Source: Liolophura sinensis (Eukaryota). From it: a DNA stretch of 64,000 bases. This document shows positions 61,262 to 64,000 of the stretch, piece after piece. The stretch lies in contig NC_088295.1 of the NCBI RefSeq assembly GCF_032854445.1, forward strand, positions 32,146,510-32,210,509, given 5' to 3'. How positions within the stretch are numbered: the first letter of the stretch is position 1; each line of letters opens with the position of its first letter. The position numbers were made by a program, and so were the translations under genes. A model generated the notes under the pieces. That model searched no databases and was not told the DNA's origin. It saw only the letters and a program-made list of their open reading frames with translations.

Positions 61262-61620
61262 CTGGCCCCGACAGCACATTTGGTAGAGCGTCAGCTTTTG
61301 TAGAGCGGTAGATTCAGGGTCAATCCTGGGTCGAGTCACACCTAAGACTTTAAAAGAGGAAGTTGTAACTTCCTCGCTTGGCCTTCAGCATGAAGGGGAT
61401 AGTGCAACTACTGGTTGACCCGTATCAGTATAATGGCTCGGGTGGGGCAACTTACTTGCCTTCGGTAAGGCACCTCAGTGAAGCAGCACCAAATAAAAGA
61501 GCGGTGGAAATCCGTCATGCAACAAGGATGCACATTACATGCACTCTAAGGATTCCTTCGTCGTCATATTACTGAAAAATTGTTAAGTACGACGTTAAAC
61601 CCCAAGCACTTACTCACTTT
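61262..61620 (+). mobile_element. SINE family 2 copy
   Basis: ccccgacagcacatttggtagagcgtcagc..ggtcaatcctgggtcgagtcacacctaagactttaaaagaggaagttgtaacttcctcgcttgg..cgacgttaaaccccaagcact is ~85% identical to 17585-17955. Confidence 0.8.
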
Positions 61621-62524
61621 TCTCAACACACGAGAAGAGATCAGTGTTTCACATGCACAAAGGAACACTGAGAATCCCACAGACTGGTACATGTATACAT
61701 AGTAGATAGCGAAAGTGCCTGAGAAGTACTGATATATAGAGGCTATGCACGATTGTACGCTTTTGACAATTGTCGCGAGATTTATAATAAATAGTACAGC
61801 AACATGTACAAGTATATGCCCTATCACCGTGATCCCAGTGACCTCGGCGTTGTTCAAGATTTCTGTACAACATTTAACACTCGTGCCAGTGATATAACGC
61901 GAAAGGTAGAGAGAGTAGACGCTGTGTATTCACTTATATTATTATACAATATCACCTACACCACCATCTTGACATGTGATCCATGCTTTGTTATTTCTTC
62001 ATCTCATTACATAGAATTGTTTAAATCAGGAATCCTTACAGAGCTTTATCGTCTATATTTACCTCTACACATGCGTTCATCAATCCGGACATACATGCAT
62101 GAATGGGTTTCCAGGCAGGGACCTATATTACACGGTTCCAGGTACCGTATATATGTAGGGTCATTTTCACACAGCGTTACTGTCATTGAAAATGCAACTA
62201 CAATGCAGATGGCGTATGAAATATTTATACAGAGAAAAATGCGGGATTGAATTTCGCGGAAATATTACCCAGGCGTCGGGATAATAGAATTACAGGAATT
62301 ATACCTGCAAAGCAAAAACTTAGCATGCAGACATGTTCCTTGAATTATATATATAGATCATGCATATGTTGTGATTTTGCGCCATGTTGTGCAGTTTGCC
62401 TTATCATATACATCCTATACATATATTGGATTCACCCACATGTGTTAGCTGTGTTTTTCCTTCACTTGTATACCGTACAAGGATTGTATGTTTTATGTCT
62501 GTATGCTGTACATTTTGCCTTATT

Positions 62525-62700
62525 AAGAGGTGGCGGGGTCTCGTTGGTTCAGATGGTTAAAGGGTTTGCTCGTTGCGACTATCATATCCTTGACCAATTT
62601 CGCGCGTTCAAATCCAGCTCTCGCTGTATCGGCTGCGGTTTGTCTGGTACTTGATGTCGAAGGTCGGTGCATGGTCTAGATAAATCAATAAATAGATAAA
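62525..62700 (+). mobile_element. Possible diverged tRNA-derived SINE fragment
   Basis: ggtggcggggtctcgttggttcagatggttaaag..cgttcaaatccagctctcgctg.. is tRNA-like, with an ATAAAT-type tail (aaatcaataaatagataaat). Confidence 0.35.
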
Positions 62701-63167
62701 TTTACTGAGCTAATATATTCATATCTTTACATTGTCAGAATAAAAGAATTATACAGTATTGCTTTGTTTTATTTACACTTTCCGACAGTGCAGATTGAGT
62801 TACTCCATTTTGACAAAAATTGCGTTGAAAAATGTATTTACGTGTAGCATCAATAAAAAGTAGCATTTAATCTTACATCATTTAATCTTACATTATGCTG
62901 CAGAGGAATTTATTTTTGATTGGAGTTGAATCCTGGATAGGGAAAAAATGAAACACAACAAAAATGGCGTCCCCACAAATACATCAGTCCACTTTACCTC
63001 CTCTAACGTAATGCATATACGTATCCTATATATAATTGGAGTGTGACTTCTAAGATCTTAGGATTGTTTTGTATACATATTTTAAATGCAAGCTTTACAT
63101 GTATTTTGATGGTTCGTGAGATTCATGAAAAAAAAATTGCACATTTCAAACATGCAGGCCATGTAGG

Positions 63168-63169
<2 letters not shown>

Positions 63170-63250
<81 letters not shown>
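63170..63250. repeat. (AT)n microsatellite
   Basis: Directly visible. Confidence 0.95.
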
Positions 63251-63254
<4 letters not shown>

Positions 63255-64000
63255 TATTTATTGACGAGATATACTTGCACTTATGTATTCACTAATATTC
63301 AATAGAACACACCATAACTTTGAAAGTAGATACTAGTATCCATGAATGCGAAGGAAGCAGAAACAACCAGCGCTCTCTCATCGATTTTATACATGAAAAG
63401 AGAGATGACAGTAATTTTATATATTCTTAACTATATATTTATGGATAGCAATATCCTCTAGAGACAGGGTTGCACATATGCTGCACGGTATCAAATCTCG
63501 CCTATATATTTACATAGAATAGAATATACATAGTTCTATATTCTATGTAGAGCGTATATACTGACATCGAGGCTTTCAATCAATGTCATATACGAGACGT
63601 ACTGTGTGCTGCTGAAACTTTTAAGCCAAGGCTTTACCATCAACAGTCTTCATTCAAAGTTTCTTAAAGTTTGTCAGTCTTATCAGCCATGTGTTACAAC
63701 GTACATGTATAATAGGGCTGCATAAATATCGGATACATTTTTAAAGGATACTTGAGGGAAGGATCTGTGAAATTCGAAATCTGTCACACAAAGAAATTCA
63801 GCCCTGTATCAATGTTTATGATGACAGAAGGCCCATGTCCCAAGTAACATGTTCTTCGTTATATTAACTGAGTACACCTGCAGGTGTTAAACACAAAAAA
63901 TGCCCCAAAATATGACATCTAAACCTCTTTTTTAGTTTTGTGAAACATTTAGATTGTTACCTTGGTGCATTGTTTTATGACTATACGGACAACGTATAAA

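Noticed and set aside
61804-62654. Track ORFs of 148 aa and 135 aa on the + strand near the window end
   Set aside because: No recognisable domains, AT-biased composition, no splice-consistent neighbours, and one runs into a SINE-like fragment. They are most likely intergenic.

Overview
This window is AT-rich eukaryotic (metazoan) genomic DNA, not a prokaryotic locus. It has a spliced multi-exon gene structure, GT-AG introns, (AT)n microsatellites, intronic minisatellites, a Ty3/Gypsy retrotransposon fragment and many copies of a tRNA-derived SINE family. I cannot name the organism from sequence alone; a marine invertebrate such as a mollusc is a reasonable guess. Five protein-coding loci are supported, all on the + strand. 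(A) 1205-2788: the last three exons of an unidentified gene. (B) 13370-29654: a 16-exon gene encoding an acidic Ser-rich N-terminus, a WH2-like motif, a proline-rich tract, a C4 zinc ribbon and a MIDAS-type von Willebrand A domain. (C) 35750-44513: a 9-exon gene for a secreted, N-glycosylated, GPI-anchored protein built from four copies of a 6-cysteine module, each module split over two exons; no known family is recognised. (D1/D2) a LanC-like (LANCL) gene present twice inside a ~7.4 kb tandem segmental duplication (about 44690-52070 and 52070-58800). Copy 2 is intact. Copy 1 carries a -1 and a +1 indel in its last exon with a premature stop between them. Other content: a 3'-truncated Gypsy gag-PR-RT-RH fragment on the - strand (6348-9345) abutting a SINE; at least 14 copies of SINE family 1 and 2 copies of SINE family 2; a roughly 600 bp MITE with about 29 bp TIRs; two small hairpin elements; and several minisatellites, including a 1.55 kb array of 30-bp units that starts exactly at a 5' splice site. 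No rRNA, tRNA gene or CRISPR array is present. Exon coordinates come from manual splice-site and phase reasoning and may be off by 1-2 nt.
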